Positions 38,100-51,529 are shown, counted from the first letter of the stretch. The stretch: DNA of 64,000 bases from Octopus bimaculoides (GCF_001194135.2 NC_068992.1:50808335-50872334); one strand, 5' to 3'. Numbers and translations are program-made. The notes: a model not told the origin generated them from the letters alone.

Positions 38100-38990
38100 A
38101 ATAGGTCTACCTATGTGACATACCGTCATTCGAATTTGAAATAAGTTTGAAACAAATAGAACTGTTTCGTATCTTCAGATTCCAGAAGACTGCGGGCCTC
38201 GACGTGCTGCACAAAACATAGTTTCCAAGAACACCTGTACGGCTGATCGATCGTAAGAGAAGAATCTCAATTCAAGCGTCCAAATATCATTGGAAAATAA
38301 CGCCTTCCTAGAATATTCCAGGTTCTCAATCAATTTAATCCGGATGAAGAGCAGAATTTTGCTTGTGGAAGTTAGTAAGATTCATAGTGGAAGCACGTCG
38401 TCGTCGTCGTAGTCGTCGTCATCATTATGTATACGCCTGAAGCGCGTTGATGACACTGAAGCGTAAATCTTCTCCAGGTATCTTGCCACTCTCACTCAAT
38501 CATCACGTGATTTTCTCCATTAATTGCATTATTTACCTAACACTTGATCTAGTACCCGCTTTTCTTCCTTCTATGATAGTGATTTATCGACATCTGTTCC
38601 TTCGAATAGTAGTCATAATATATGTGTTTTCGTTTTTACAGAGGACATGATGAGAGTACATTTAAATTAAATGATTCAATTAACTGCGACAATTTGCTCT
38701 TACTGGGAATCAGATATTCTATATATTACAGAGGACTACCATGTCATTGTTGCAGCAGCTATAGTATAATGCAATTTAGCATGTAAAGGAACGATTGGAC
38801 CATAAATTTTGATGTTAGTGTACTTGGTCCATTTCATTTGCTCTTGCAGAAACAATTCATCATCTTCAAACATTCAAGAGAACTTTGGAGATATAGAGAT
38901 TTACTGCCAGCACGATCAGGCACTCCCACACTACCATAAAAGTGTAAGGGCCTATCTTTGACGAGAATTTTCCAAACACGTGGTTGGGAC
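38100..38990 (+). mobile_element. Tc1/mariner (maT/DD37D-like) transposase relic
   Basis: Fragments read IRNKFETNRTV, KGTIGP and YCQHDQALPHYHKSVRAYL/DENFPNTWLGR, similar to YFQQDGAPPHY...VRxYLDxxFPxRWIGR. Frameshifted and interrupted. Confidence 0.7.
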
Positions 38991-38994
38991 GATG

Positions 38995-39290
38995 ATATAA
39001 ACACCTGTTATTTATCGATGATCTGAAATTGTTCGTGAAGGTGAAGCAAAAATATCAAGATGGATTTTGAACTTTCAAAATGTGGTGTGATGGTGATGAG
39101 AGGACGAAGGTTTTTCAGAACGCAGAGTATATGAATGCCAAGTGGTGAAATGATGAAAACAATCGAACCTGAATCTGGGTATAAATATCTGGTAGTACTT
39201 GCGGCAAGGAGTACTAAGCAAGATTATACGATATAAAAGATGAAAAAGGAGTATCTGCCGCGACTGAGAAAGATATTAAATGAACGCAAT
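38995..39290 (+). mobile_element. RLE-type (R4/NeSL-like) LINE RT fragment
   Basis: Fragments read HLLFIDDLKLF, LSKCGVMVMRG, MPSGEMMKTIE...GYKYL and KMKKEYLPRLRKIL. Confidence 0.8.
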
Positions 39291-39473
39291 GCCCTGTTGT
39301 TCCTAAACCGAACAGTAGTTTCCAAGTTTATTATGCATACTCAGGTCTTTTCTGTAAATACTGATGAACGGCAATTTAAACGGAAGATGAAGAACAATCT
39401 CTAAGGTATTGTACAATTTGTAACAACAGATTTTTCATCCAATTCAGTAAGGCAAAAATATATGGAAAGAGAG

Positions 39474-39511
<38 letters not shown>

Positions 39512-39799
39512 NNNNNNNNNNNNNNNNNNNNNNNNATTTTCCCTAAAACTATATATTTTATATATATATATATAGATATATATATGTATGTATGTATTTA
39601 TAATTCTTCTATCTGGCTATCGATCAATCTCTATTCATAATCTTATCTACATATACACATAGGAACAGATTAATGTATGTATATATTTACATACAAATAT
39701 ATAGGGAGAGAGACAGATAATAAGATACGTAGATGTACATTCATATATATATATACATGCAGACATATAGATTTATTTCGCTACAGTTAGACAAACAGA

Positions 39800-39811
39800 A
39801 ACATAGATAGG

Positions 39812-39874
<63 letters not shown>
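39800..39874. repeat. (GATA)n microsatellite
   Basis: Read directly. Confidence 0.97.
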
Positions 39875-39875
<1 letters not shown>

Positions 39876-40758
39876 AGTATTTCTCGAAACTTTGTTTTTC
39901 TTATGGTACAACTAACAAATGTCTCTCATCACATTACTTTCCATCATAAATATTAGTTGAAAATATTATGAGGCGATAATTCTCTTTTACTTTTATTTTT
40001 TCCCCACAATGAAAAATTTGATATTAACGTTAATTCTGCGGAAATAATAATTTTGAAACTGTAGTATTAGGTGATTGTGGAGAGCGCGGAAGGTGTTAGT
40101 AAAATCCTGCTTTTATTTTTAGGTAACATTTATCTTTTACCGTTGGTATTCATTCAAGTTAGAAAGTGATTAATCAATACTAAATACATTCAAATCCTAT
40201 TAAGAAATATGTAAGTAGTTTTTATTTTTTATCTACTATTTCAGCAGAAGCTATCAGTTAGTGTGACAAACTATATCACTGAGATAAGTAGCGATACATC
40301 ATAAAGATAAGAAAGCAGAAAAAAAAACGCGCTTTGTAAATAACTCGGGCGCCATTTTATCTTCCTCTCAAATTGTAGGATTTGCCAAACTGTCAAAACA
40401 AAATATTACCTTCCTAAACGTCGTTGTTATAGATCATTTAGCAAGACGTTAATATTTGTAAATTCTTTTGTGCTAAAAAAAGACAAACATATAATAAATA
40501 TAAAAAAAAATTCCAACAAAATCTTTAATGCTATTTTGTTTTCATTTTATTCTCTCATAAATGGTTAGTCACAGACTATTTCAGTCTCAGAATACGAATG
40601 ATTTATATACCAGCCGAAAATATCAAAATACTTTTGTCACTTCTCTCTAAGTTTTTGTGGAATTTTATAATTCTTTCTTTTTTTCTGTTTTGTTTCTATT
40701 AAGAATTTTTACAATTAATTTTATATTTTGTATACGTCACCATCGTCATCGCTCTAAT

Positions 40759-40885
40759 CTTCTTCTTCTTCTTCTTCTTCTTCTTCTTCTTCTTCTTCTT
40801 CTTCTTCTTCTTCTTCTTCTTCTTCTTCTTCTTCTTCTTCTTCTTCTTCTTCTTCTTCTTCTTCTTCTTCTTCTTCTTCTTCTTC
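40759..40885. repeat. (CTT)n trinucleotide repeat, at least about 42 units, running into a gap
   Basis: Read directly; this is the source of the poly-L and poly-K ORF artefacts. Confidence 0.98.
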
Positions 40886-41704
40886 NNNNNNNNNNNNNNN
40901 NNNNNNNNNNNNNNNNNNNNNNNNNNNNNNNNNNNNNNNNNNNNNNNNNNNNNNNNNNNNNNNNNNNNNNNNNNNNNNNNNNNNNNNNNNNNNNNNNNNN
41001 NNNNNNNNNNNNNNNNNNNNNNNNNNNNNNNNNNNNNNNNNNNNNNNNNNNNNNNNNNNNNNNNNNNNNNNNNNNNNNNNNNNNNNNNNNNNNNNNNNNN
41101 NNNNNNNNNNNNNNNNNNNNNNNNNNNNNNNNNNNNNNNNNNNNNNNNNNNNNNNNNNNNNNNNNNNNNNNNNNNNNNNNNNNNNNNNNNNNNNNNNNNN
41201 NNNNNNNNNNNNNNNNNNNNNNNNNNNNNNNNNNNNNNNNNNNNNNNNNNNNNNNNNNNNNNNNNNNNNNNNNNNNNNNNNNNNNNNNNNNNNNNNNNNN
41301 TAATATATTCTATATCGTGTATGTCAACCGGTTTCGCTTTCTCTAATAATGACATTAACATTATTTTAATTACGTATTCTCTTAAGCAAAACGCTATTTG
41401 TCCATGTATGTGGAATTTATGACTGAATGATTCAAGCAGAAAATTTTCAGGGGGGGTAACTGGTGATCGCTATTATTGTAGACAGGGGAGGTAACTGTTC
41501 CTCTTTCGGTTGGAGGGGGGGGGCATATACAAACAATTTAAAAGCTAGAGAAGCGGGCAAAAAATATGTAGTGTGTTGGGTATGTAATCGTGAATTAATA
41601 TATTTATTGAGATCAAAGTTGGTTATGCCTGCATATTTAGACATGTTCTGTATTTTAGCATGAATAAATTTTCTTTATTCAAACGTCCTTGTATAGAAAT
41701 TATA

Positions 41705-41925
41705 TCTTTGCACTAGTAGGAAGGAAAACCGTGAAATTTGGTTTGATGTTATCTGCACATCTCTCCACGGGTTCACTTAAAGGAATATGTCTGTGTTGCT
41801 GGAAGCGGATCTCTTTATGTAAAGTGGCTCTCCGTCTCAGTGTCATACTCGTCTGTCCTATGCAGTTATGTCCATAACCCGAGCAGGTTATTAAATAAAT
41901 TAGATTCTCAGAGGCACAAGTGAAG
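41705..41925 (-). mobile_element. Penelope-like GIY-YIG endonuclease fragment
   Basis: The - strand reads TCASENLIYLITCSGYGHNCIGQTSMTLRRRATLHKE...HIPLSEPVERCA, matching the PLE pattern CxSxNxIYxIxCxxCxxxYIGQT...LxxRxxxH. Confidence 0.82.
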
Positions 41926-42162
41926 TTGGTTTTAATTGTGTATCTTCTGTTTACTTGTAACGTACCAAGAGAGTAATTTATCTTAGTTCATAAAAATATA
42001 TTGCTCAAATTTTGTTTTGTTGGAGAATGTTACAACTAGACAAATATTCTGAGACCTAAAAATAAATCCTTTGTTCCATATAGATATAGAGCTATAAGAC
42101 CAAATTTAAAGAAGCAAGATATTCGATATATCTATTTTTTAAAGCTGTTATTTATAACAAGT

Positions 42163-42470
42163 GTGAAGGCACGTGGTTTAGTGATTTGGGTGTTGCACTC
42201 AGTTGCAAGATCATGGTATTGATTCCCAAACCAGAAATGCATTTTGTTTTTGGGTAAAACACTTAATTTCACGTTACTCCAATAGGTAATTCTGTGAATA
42301 GAGTTCTGTTCGGGGATGGGATGGTGATAGGAGATGACCTCCCTGCCGAGTCTTTCAAAAGCTACAACAATTGAAGAAACATATTGTGAGTAGTGGTGTA
42401 CAACAACATCCGATATTCTGGTTCATACAGCGAAAGAATGATTACGTACGACAATGGAAGTTAACTCTCA
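42163..42470 (+). mobile_element. SINE family D
   Basis: Head GTGAAGGCACGTGGTTTAGTGATTTGGGTGTTGCACTCAG...GGTATTGATTCCC has A- and B-box-like sequence, followed by TAAAACACTTAATTTCACGTTACTCC. Confidence 0.75.
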
Positions 42471-43417
42471 CTTCCTACTATCAAGCTTTAACTCGATTTT
42501 GGTGTGATGAAATTCTGTACACAATATATTGAAATGGCTCGGTTGAAGTTGGTGCTAAGAAAATAACTTAAGTAACTTTGAAATTTAATAAACTCAAACG
42601 AAACTTTTAAATAGTAATTACGCAATCGACAAATAAATTTCTATTTAAATATTTTTTTCAGTTATTCTTTATATATATATATACATTCTTTTCTTTTTTG
42701 ACGAAATTACACCAGAGTAAACCTTTAGAGACAGTGTGTAAATACTTGCTTGTTTTCAGTAACTAATTTCCGAAAGTCGTGACACTTTTCTACAGTTCAG
42801 TTCCAAATCTTTTACCTGATTTTGGTTTAAAAGAAAACTTTCAATAAAAGTCTCGTAGTACGCGTCACAATTTTAACATTTGCTTTCAACTTATGAGGAA
42901 ATATTTAAGTGTATGTGCTTCTCGACTCAAGAAAGAAATATTCAATTTCATACGCATACACATGTGTGCGTGCGTTTATATGTGTGTATATATATGCATG
43001 TATGTAGATATGTATGTACGTATGTATGCGAATATGTGTGTGTACATACAAGCTGAAGACAAATCACTTGTGTTCTGCTATCTACAAATCCGTCACCGTT
43101 GCCGCCTAAATTTCAGTTTTCTTTTGAATTTTCCACACGTAGAATACTACATCCTTTACGAAGACGAAAAATAAAACCAGAATAGAAAACTTTTCGGAAG
43201 CTGATCATGGATTTATTATTAACAGGAAACTAAAATCTCTTCATACGTGAAGACACGCAAATACTCACAAAGACACAAACACACGGTTACAAACATGTAT
43301 ACGTATGTATGTATGTATGTATGTATGTATGTATGTATGTATGTATGTATGTATGTATATATATATATGTATATATATATATATGTATGTATGTGTGTAT
43401 GTATATANNNNNNNNNN

Positions 43418-43479
<62 letters not shown>

Positions 43480-44844
43480 TGTAAGCACACACATATATCC
43501 AAACACAAATCCAGAAATATATATTTGTGTGTATTGTAAACTTGTGATACAATATTTGCTACGACTCGTTTTTTTGCTTGGGGATAGCTTCTGGCAAATA
43601 ACTAAAGATTCGATGGCATAAACAATATCTACTAAATATATTGATTACTTACCCCTACTACATGTAAATTGCATACGCATACATGCCTTTTGTAAAATGA
43701 TTTTTAGACTGCGGTCATTCTATGCCAAAAATCTACATGCATCTTTTCAAACATCCAACAGTGTCACTAATTTCACTGAGATATTTCTTTTTGTCAGTGC
43801 ACTAATTCATGGGACCAGATCTTGAAGCATCAGTGAAACTGTGCTTCTAAAGGTTTCTAAAGGCTTCTAGCCAATACAGTAAGCAATGTGTCTCGAATTA
43901 TTTTCCTCTAGAAATTTCATAATGATGTCTCAGTTAACTCCATTTAGAAGACACTTCATAACCCAGGAGAGAAATTGACTTAAAAGAATGTAATATGCCG
44001 CATAGAACAACAATTGAATTAATAATGTACATTTAGATGGGTTGTTGGTAGCAAATAGAATTAACATTACTTTCCATCCGAAGTTACATTTCAGATGAGG
44101 CAGACATTATCTCAAAATTGAATACCAGCCTAACACAGTCTAGGAAAAAATTTTCTCTTACTACAAAGTAAGTTTCAAAGTGTTCCACTGTAAAATTAAT
44201 TGTAAACACCCCTTCTTTTTTGTCAATATAAAACACTACAAAGTGTTTCATAACTTTCAGAGCCCTGGGGAAAATTTAATGATAAAGAGCAATTTACTTT
44301 TGTGGGTTCATGCAGCGGGCGCGTAGCATAACAAACAAAGCGATCTTTCTATGCTTTATAACATGTTGATTATAATAGATCCACAAGTGGCCGTGTACTT
44401 CATGCAAATGGCGAACCATTTTAACAGAAAGAAAATGGACGATCTCTTCGACATGCCTAGCTGCTCCCTCATCTGCTGAGAACTCCCAAATATTTCGTTA
44501 AAACGATTAGTCCTTGCTCTGATTTAAAAGTAGCATGTTCTTTTATAAAACAAATCATATCTCAATCCTTTTACTTATGCAAAGTTTAATCCCCTTCTCC
44601 GTAATCAGCACTCCAGCAATGTCTCAATATTTCTCAATTTTTATTGTTCTCTTTTTGCATCATTGATCTCCATGTGGACATCTTTGTCTTTAATCCACTG
44701 TTACTAACCATCTGATGCAATTTTCTTTCTCTGTTTAAGTTATACATTGTAGCAGAGACGATGTTATCTAATTCACACTAGCTTTTCGTCGGAACATCGA
44801 TGTTGATTTTTTTTCTGCATTTAACTTCTATCTCTTATGTACAG

Positions 44845-45026
44845 TATATACTATTTTGTACTTTACACCTCGCAAATAAATTCCTAAAGACACTGAAATC
44901 CTTAATGGAGTTAAAAGCGAATAGAATAAGACATGCAGAAAATCAACTAAGAAAGGATTGCCAGTATTTACGAGTGTACAGCAAAATCTTTTGTTCCAAT
45001 GAACGCAACGAAAACTTTTGCAGGAA
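44845..45026 (+). CDS. Candidate internal coding exon, YILFCTLHLANKFLKTLKSLMELKANRIRHAENQLRKDCQYLRVYSKIFCSNERNENFCR
   Basis: Acceptor CTTCTATCTCTTATGTACAG and donor AA|GTGAGT; only one frame is open across 182 nt. No homolog recognised. Confidence 0.3.
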
Positions 45027-45097
45027 GTGAGTGGGTCGAATCAACAATATCCACCAAATTAGCAGCTTGTCGGAGGGATAGCGAGGTTTACGCGCGC

Positions 45098-45153
<56 letters not shown>

Positions 45154-46009
45154 CCCTTTGAAATGTTAAATGCAGTAAACAACTTGACATTTGTAGAAAT
45201 GGAAAACGAAATGTATTCAATTATAAGAGTTACAAAACGAAAATGCTCAATTATTGAGCACAAGAGAAGAGTATTTTGTAAGAAATAAACATCATTGCTG
45301 AAAAATACTACGCCAATGCAGATCACCGCTGAACACGTGTGTTCGTGTATTTTAAAGTTTGAACAGCGAAAGCGCTTACACACAATGTCCACACTATACG
45401 GATATTCTTCCCAAAAGGTTTGTGACATTCTGTTTTTTAAATAATATTTTCTAAAAACTACTAAAAGATTAAAAGCAAATTCGAACTTGATGGCATTTGA
45501 ACGCAGAATCTAAAGATGGGCGACATGCCGGTAAGCATCTTTTCTCGGTGCGAAAATGCTTCTGCTAGGTTGCTGCCTTACATTTATAATAATATTATGG
45601 TGCGTTAGAGGGAGTGTCAAAATAAGTGAATGGATAATTGGAAGCCCCGGAGAAAAGAGATGCAATTTATCTCACTCATCTTTAGCAATATATTGATAGA
45701 CAGCTTGAAGCTAACATTTCAGCGTTAAAGTGTTTTGTTCAAAGCTCAGAAGGATAACAACAACTGAAACAAAATTAACATGAGACATTAGAAGTTCTTA
45801 TTTTGTCACTGTGACATCAAGTCTGCCTCTCAGCTGTTTCATCTTCTTTGCATGCCAAATGTCCATTGAGTGAAAACTCCTATTCAGGTTGCCTTCGTGA
45901 AATTTTCATTTGTGTTAAACGAAATCCTTTATGAAATTCTCGCTTGAGGTCTCATGTCACTATGCTGTCAAAGTAGATTTGTTGATGATTTTTCCTCCAC
46001 CTCTGTTGC

Positions 46010-46063
46010 GCTGTTCTTTCTTTCATTCTCTCTTTCTTTCTTTCTTTCTTTCTTTCTTCCTTC

Positions 46064-46115
<52 letters not shown>
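46010..46115. repeat. (TTTC)n microsatellite
   Basis: Read directly. Confidence 0.95.
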
Positions 46116-46959
46116 TCTCCACCCTCTTAAATGGTTGTGCAGCAGAAGCGGTAAAATCTTTCCCCCTTCTTTTTTCTTTCATAGTTCCTTGCCGCATCAG
46201 CTATAAATTTTTAATTGGAATAAAATTCTAGAGCTTTGGGATTGTTTTATTTTTCAAAAGTTTTAACAAATAATAGAAGGTTGTACAGTACAGTTACACA
46301 GTGCATTCTACTCACGTTACCACATAAATCCATACATATTCTAAAGCATATATTTTGGCATTACAATGTAATATTTTTGAAACCCTCTTTCACTATGAAA
46401 TTTCGTTTTCGTATTCACTACTGGTATTTGAATTCGTTTTGATCTCGTAACAGTGAAACACTTTTATACACCTGTCTAGATTCATATGTTACCTGACGGA
46501 AATAAGATATGAACGAACACTAAAAGACATCAATGCCTATTCATAGTACAACTGATAAAAAAAATGTTAGATGATATTTACGTAATAAACTTAGGATAGA
46601 ATTGTTTCCTACTAGCTATCACCATCAGATTGTAACTCTCGACAGCTTACAGAACGGTGAAAATTCGACACCTATTCAATTAAAACTGTGACCATCAGAT
46701 CTAACGACAATACACAGTAGATTTCAGTTATCTCACCCATTCTTCTGATCTGTAACATATTTCATTATTTGATTCTCCTTAACAAATGAGAGTCGGTTTA
46801 AATAATGCGCAAAGAATAAAGGTTCATTTAGAAACTATTTGGTCTGCCTAATCGCATATATATGTCATGCGATTAAACCTACCTTAACAAAGGATTGAAA
46901 TGGCAAAAATTATTATCATAGAATCCCTATTTATGGAAACAGGCTACCCTTGTTCTTTC

Positions 46960-47200
46960 AAAAAAGATTGATTACTAATATAAGCACAAGGCATCACATT
47001 TGAAAATGGTTATATTGATTATATCGACCAAAATTCTTCACCAGTAATTGATTTTATCGACTCAAGAAAGGTGGAAGTCAATGATGACCAAGACTGAAAT
47101 TCGATGTGACCTCAGAACATAAATAAATGTAACTAGATACTGCAAGAAATTTTGTCCGTTGCTTTCAAACTAATATTAATTTCCTGTTAACTTTGCACAA
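46960..47200 (-). mobile_element. Degenerate SINE family C
   Basis: GCACAAGGC...GATTATATCGACC...TTTTATCGACTCAAGAAAGG...CTCAGAAC. Confidence 0.55.
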
Positions 47201-48411
47201 AGAATCTGTAGTTTTGAGTGAGGGGAAATGGAATGATTATGGATACTATCACTGATTGCCCTAGGTCAGCCATAGTTATGCAGACGTTCTATCAAAGGCG
47301 CGCAAGACGTGATCCTTCTGCATTTCATTATCAGATATATTTTATTTTTTACTACTTTGTTCAACGAGTCTTTATTTCTTTAAAACTTTAAATTTATGCT
47401 TTCAATGAAATATATTTTACCGTTGATTTTTTGCATATTAGTCGATTATATACATGTTTCTATTGTGTCATACAGATAATGAAGTTTTTTCGGATTCAAG
47501 CGAACATTTCTACACTACAGCTTCGTTGGGAGCTTCTCCGTTAATCTTCAATATATGACTTTAATAACGAAATGACGGCGGGGCGCTTATGGAGCCATTC
47601 AGCCCGATATAAACCGTAAACTTTTTTTCGGGCCAATTGTATGATTATTAAAAGACTCAAAACTTATGTTTGAATATCTTCGACCACATATCTGCTCGAT
47701 AAGGGCTTGCTTGGAGTTAAATGTAAATATCCATGTAAATATCAGTATTTACTCCTGAGTGTACAAATCTCAAAGATGTGTCGTATGTAACCCTCGCAAG
47801 CAACAATTGAAGTGATTATTACGGGAACAATATTCAATTACAATGCATAACAGATAACTCGAATGCCATTATATCTCTTTGCCGATGTCATCAAAACCTC
47901 GTCTTTTAACGGTGTACAGATTCCACGTAACTGAGTTACTCTCAGTTTTGCTAACACTCGTGGTACCCTGTTAATGTGTGGAATAGTATGAAAATGGAAA
48001 ACATTTAACATTAAAATTAATTACTACGCCAGCCGTTTCTACACAAGAAATGCTTTAAAAAGCATTTGCTCAAACGTGGTGTTATAAAGTCGTGTCTGTG
48101 TTACGAGTCATATGTCTTTCCTTGTTATAGTGTACATTATATACTTGTTTGTGTGTGTGTGTATGTATTTTTGTGTTTCAGGCCGCTATATCTACACCAT
48201 TTGGAAAATGTGGCGTAGATTTTCTGAGGGTATATATTTTTTCTGTTGAATACATATTCCTTAAATGTCCACGCACAAAATTTTTCACGGACGCACAAAA
48301 GGGCACACATACGCATATATAAACTTCTAAACCTATATGTATATACATAAATACGTACATTTTAATATACACACCCATTTGTATAATATACACATACGTA
48401 CGTAGATGTAC

Positions 48412-48468
<57 letters not shown>

Positions 48469-49869
48469 ATATAAAGAGAGAGAGAGAGAAACAGAGAGAA
48501 AGAAAGACAGAAAGAGAGAGAGAGAGAGAAAGAAAGAGAGAGAAAGAAAGAGAGAGAATGAGAGAGAGCTGAAGAAGTGCCACTCTAATGTCTAAAACCA
48601 CAAATATTACGTAAACTTTCACTTCGAAAACTTGCGTAAACTGGGTTTGAAAAGCAGAGTTGGTACAGAAACAATTGTAACTGATCATTAAAGATGTGTT
48701 AAAATGTTTCTTTGCGTTATTATTTAGAATGNNNNNNNNNNNNNNNNNNNNNNNATGTGTGTGTGTGTGTGTGTGTATGTGTGTGTGTGTGTGCGTACGT
48801 GTGTGTGTGTGTGTGTGCGTATGTGCGTGTGTGTGTATATACATATATATATATTTATATATATATATATACAGTAAAAGAGTATATATGCATACATACA
48901 TACATACACACATACATACATACATACATACATAAATATATATGCATGTATGCAGTATGTAAATGCCTACACCAACGCACAAGTCTATGTGATTATAGAT
49001 GGAAAGAAATATATAATTATTAGACAGTCTCTTTCAGATCTGCAAATATGCAGCAATATGCTTCTATCCAATTTGTACGTCTATTTCTTAGTGTCTTGAA
49101 TATCTTCAGTCATTCTGCACTATGCCATTAACTTTGTTATAAATATGCAAATAAGTTTCTGTCTGGGTGCTCAGCATTATTGCCTGCAATCATATAGCTT
49201 GTTTCTATGTAAAATGAAAGCCACGCTTCACATTCGCTTGCAGTTTCTTAGATCGGCGAATTTCTCAATTAATTATATTAAAACATAGCTTGGTCTATGG
49301 AAATAAGTCTATTATGGAAAGATTATCCTTCTCGAATTTCTATCAGCATAGCTAGTATATTGCTTGACTTCATGAATGTCGTAAATATATAATATTCTAC
49401 ATAATAATTTAAATTCCAGTTTCAAGCATATCTAGAGTGTAATTTAATATTTTTTTACATGATCATTTTAATTATATACTGACAGAGGTGCGCGGTGGGC
49501 ATAATCAGTGGTACGCCTAAGAATATTTTATTACACGTTTAATTAAATTTTTAGCTCTACACCCGTAGATGCAAAACTACCTCTTATTATTCTGATGATA
49601 TTTCGTACTGTTTGGTCAAAGGTTAGAAGTGATAGGAAGACACACAGACGCACACATAAATATAGAAACATACATACATGCGTGCGCATACACACACAGA
49701 CGCATAGAAATGCACAAACATATACTCATACACGCACGCTCGTGCACACACATATACATTCAAAGACATATATGTTTGCATAAGTTAGGAAAAAGTGGCA
49801 CTTGGATATTATGAAACAGAGTACTACTATATATCATTTATACAGTAATGCAATTTTAATTTCATAACA

Positions 49870-51400
49870 ACCAATACAAGATAGCGAAAGGTTTCGTATT
49901 AAAGAACCTTTCCATAATAGGTCTCTTCAAGACCTCTGCCAAACAAAGGGTGTGATAAATGATTAACAGACAGAAAGAAAGAAAGGAGTCTGGGACTGTC
50001 CTGAATATCTCCTCCTCAACAAAGCTGTCCCTAAGGATGCCAAAGAGCATCGTTGTTATCCCTTAACGATATGGTTATATTATAAGAAGGCGTTCGACTC
50101 TGTGTCTTACTCATAGATGTTAGAATGACTACGACTTGCCAAAGTAGCAGACGTTATAATGAATGTCATTTAAAAACTATGATTCAGTTATCCCTGGCAA
50201 CTACTAAAACAACACCTATGGTTACAAGCATGATTAAACTACCAACAGGTATATTCCGCGGTGATAGACTTTCTGTAATGTTCTTTGTACTGGCAATGAA
50301 CCCCTGCCATCCCTTTCTAAAAAATTCTAAGATATACACAAAAAACTATTCTAAGTTTTATAGAAAAGAATGAAATAAACGTCACCCACACATTTTTTGT
50401 TGGTGACCTAAAATAATACTCTGGTAACATGATCAACATCAAGGGACATTTACAACTAGTCACGATATTCTCACGAGACATAGAAATAGAGTGAATTTGG
50501 GTAAGACAAATACTTATACATGATAGTCAACCGAAGAAAGATTGTCGGCCAAACAGAGGATATGTACATCTCCCCTGTCTCTAATAATGAAATCTACAGG
50601 TATCTCGGAATCGATAAAATTATTGCATACTTCGTTACTGTGACTAAAAACCAGAATAACAAAATCAGTACTTCTGTAGACTCTGGAAATATAAGACTCA
50701 GAGCTGTATGCATTCAACAAGATCATATCTCACAATGCTTTTACAGTACTTGTCCTAGTACAGACAGTTGGAATATTGGGCTGGACACTTGACGAGATCT
50801 GCTAACTCGACATCAAAACTAGGAAGGTACTTTCACATTAACAGCGAGACCGATAGGATCTATGTGAGACGAAGTGGTGGTAGAGATATGAGGTCCGTCC
50901 AACAGCCTTTGGCTGTAGCATTGTATCATGCAGAACTACGTTGTATTCGCACTCTCCATGCATGTACAATGAGAATACAACTGCTGCATACAAGCCAAAG
51001 GAGGCTGGATTGGCCTACCTAAAGAAAAGTGGGTATCATACTAGTAGGAAGTAATGCCTGGGTACATATCCCGTAAGCTATACGATAACACCAGCATCGT
51101 CAAGAAAAATAGCCTCTTCTGGATCTGTGATAGATTCATTTCACCCAGCCAAGACAGATATGCCTTCGCTATTCCGGAACAGGAAATAACTAATAAACAA
51201 GAGGAACAAAGAGGCCACTAAACCTCCATGCTGCGATAGTAAATATCGAACCTGCTATACAAGTTGTGAAAGATATCACCCGCACCATGAGCAACTGCCC
51301 CAAAATGTCTTCAAGATACTACCTATCCTTTTGGCATGATGTAGTTGCAAAGACTATTTACAATGCTATGAGTGCTTCTGCCAACAAATTATTAATTAAA
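49870..51400 (+). mobile_element. Decayed RLE-type non-LTR retrotransposon (R4/Dong/NeSL-like), RT through zinc knuckle
   Basis: Motifs in order: YKKAFDSV (about 50088), GIFRGDRLSVMFFVLAMNP (GIFQGDSLS-like), FVGDLK, YRYLGI, DRIYVRRSGGR (DRLYxxRxxGGRG-like) and CPKMSSRYYLSFWHDVVAK (CCHC knuckle / RHDxVA-like). Many stops and frameshifts. Confidence 0.9.
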
Positions 51401-51529
51401 CCTCCAGGTTCAATAAAAATAAATTAGTAATAAGGTATTGGGTTTGATGGCATCAGCTAATCACTACCCTTCTAGATTGCTGTTTTTGTACTACAATCTG
51501 GAAACAATATTTAAAAAGAAGTAAAATTG

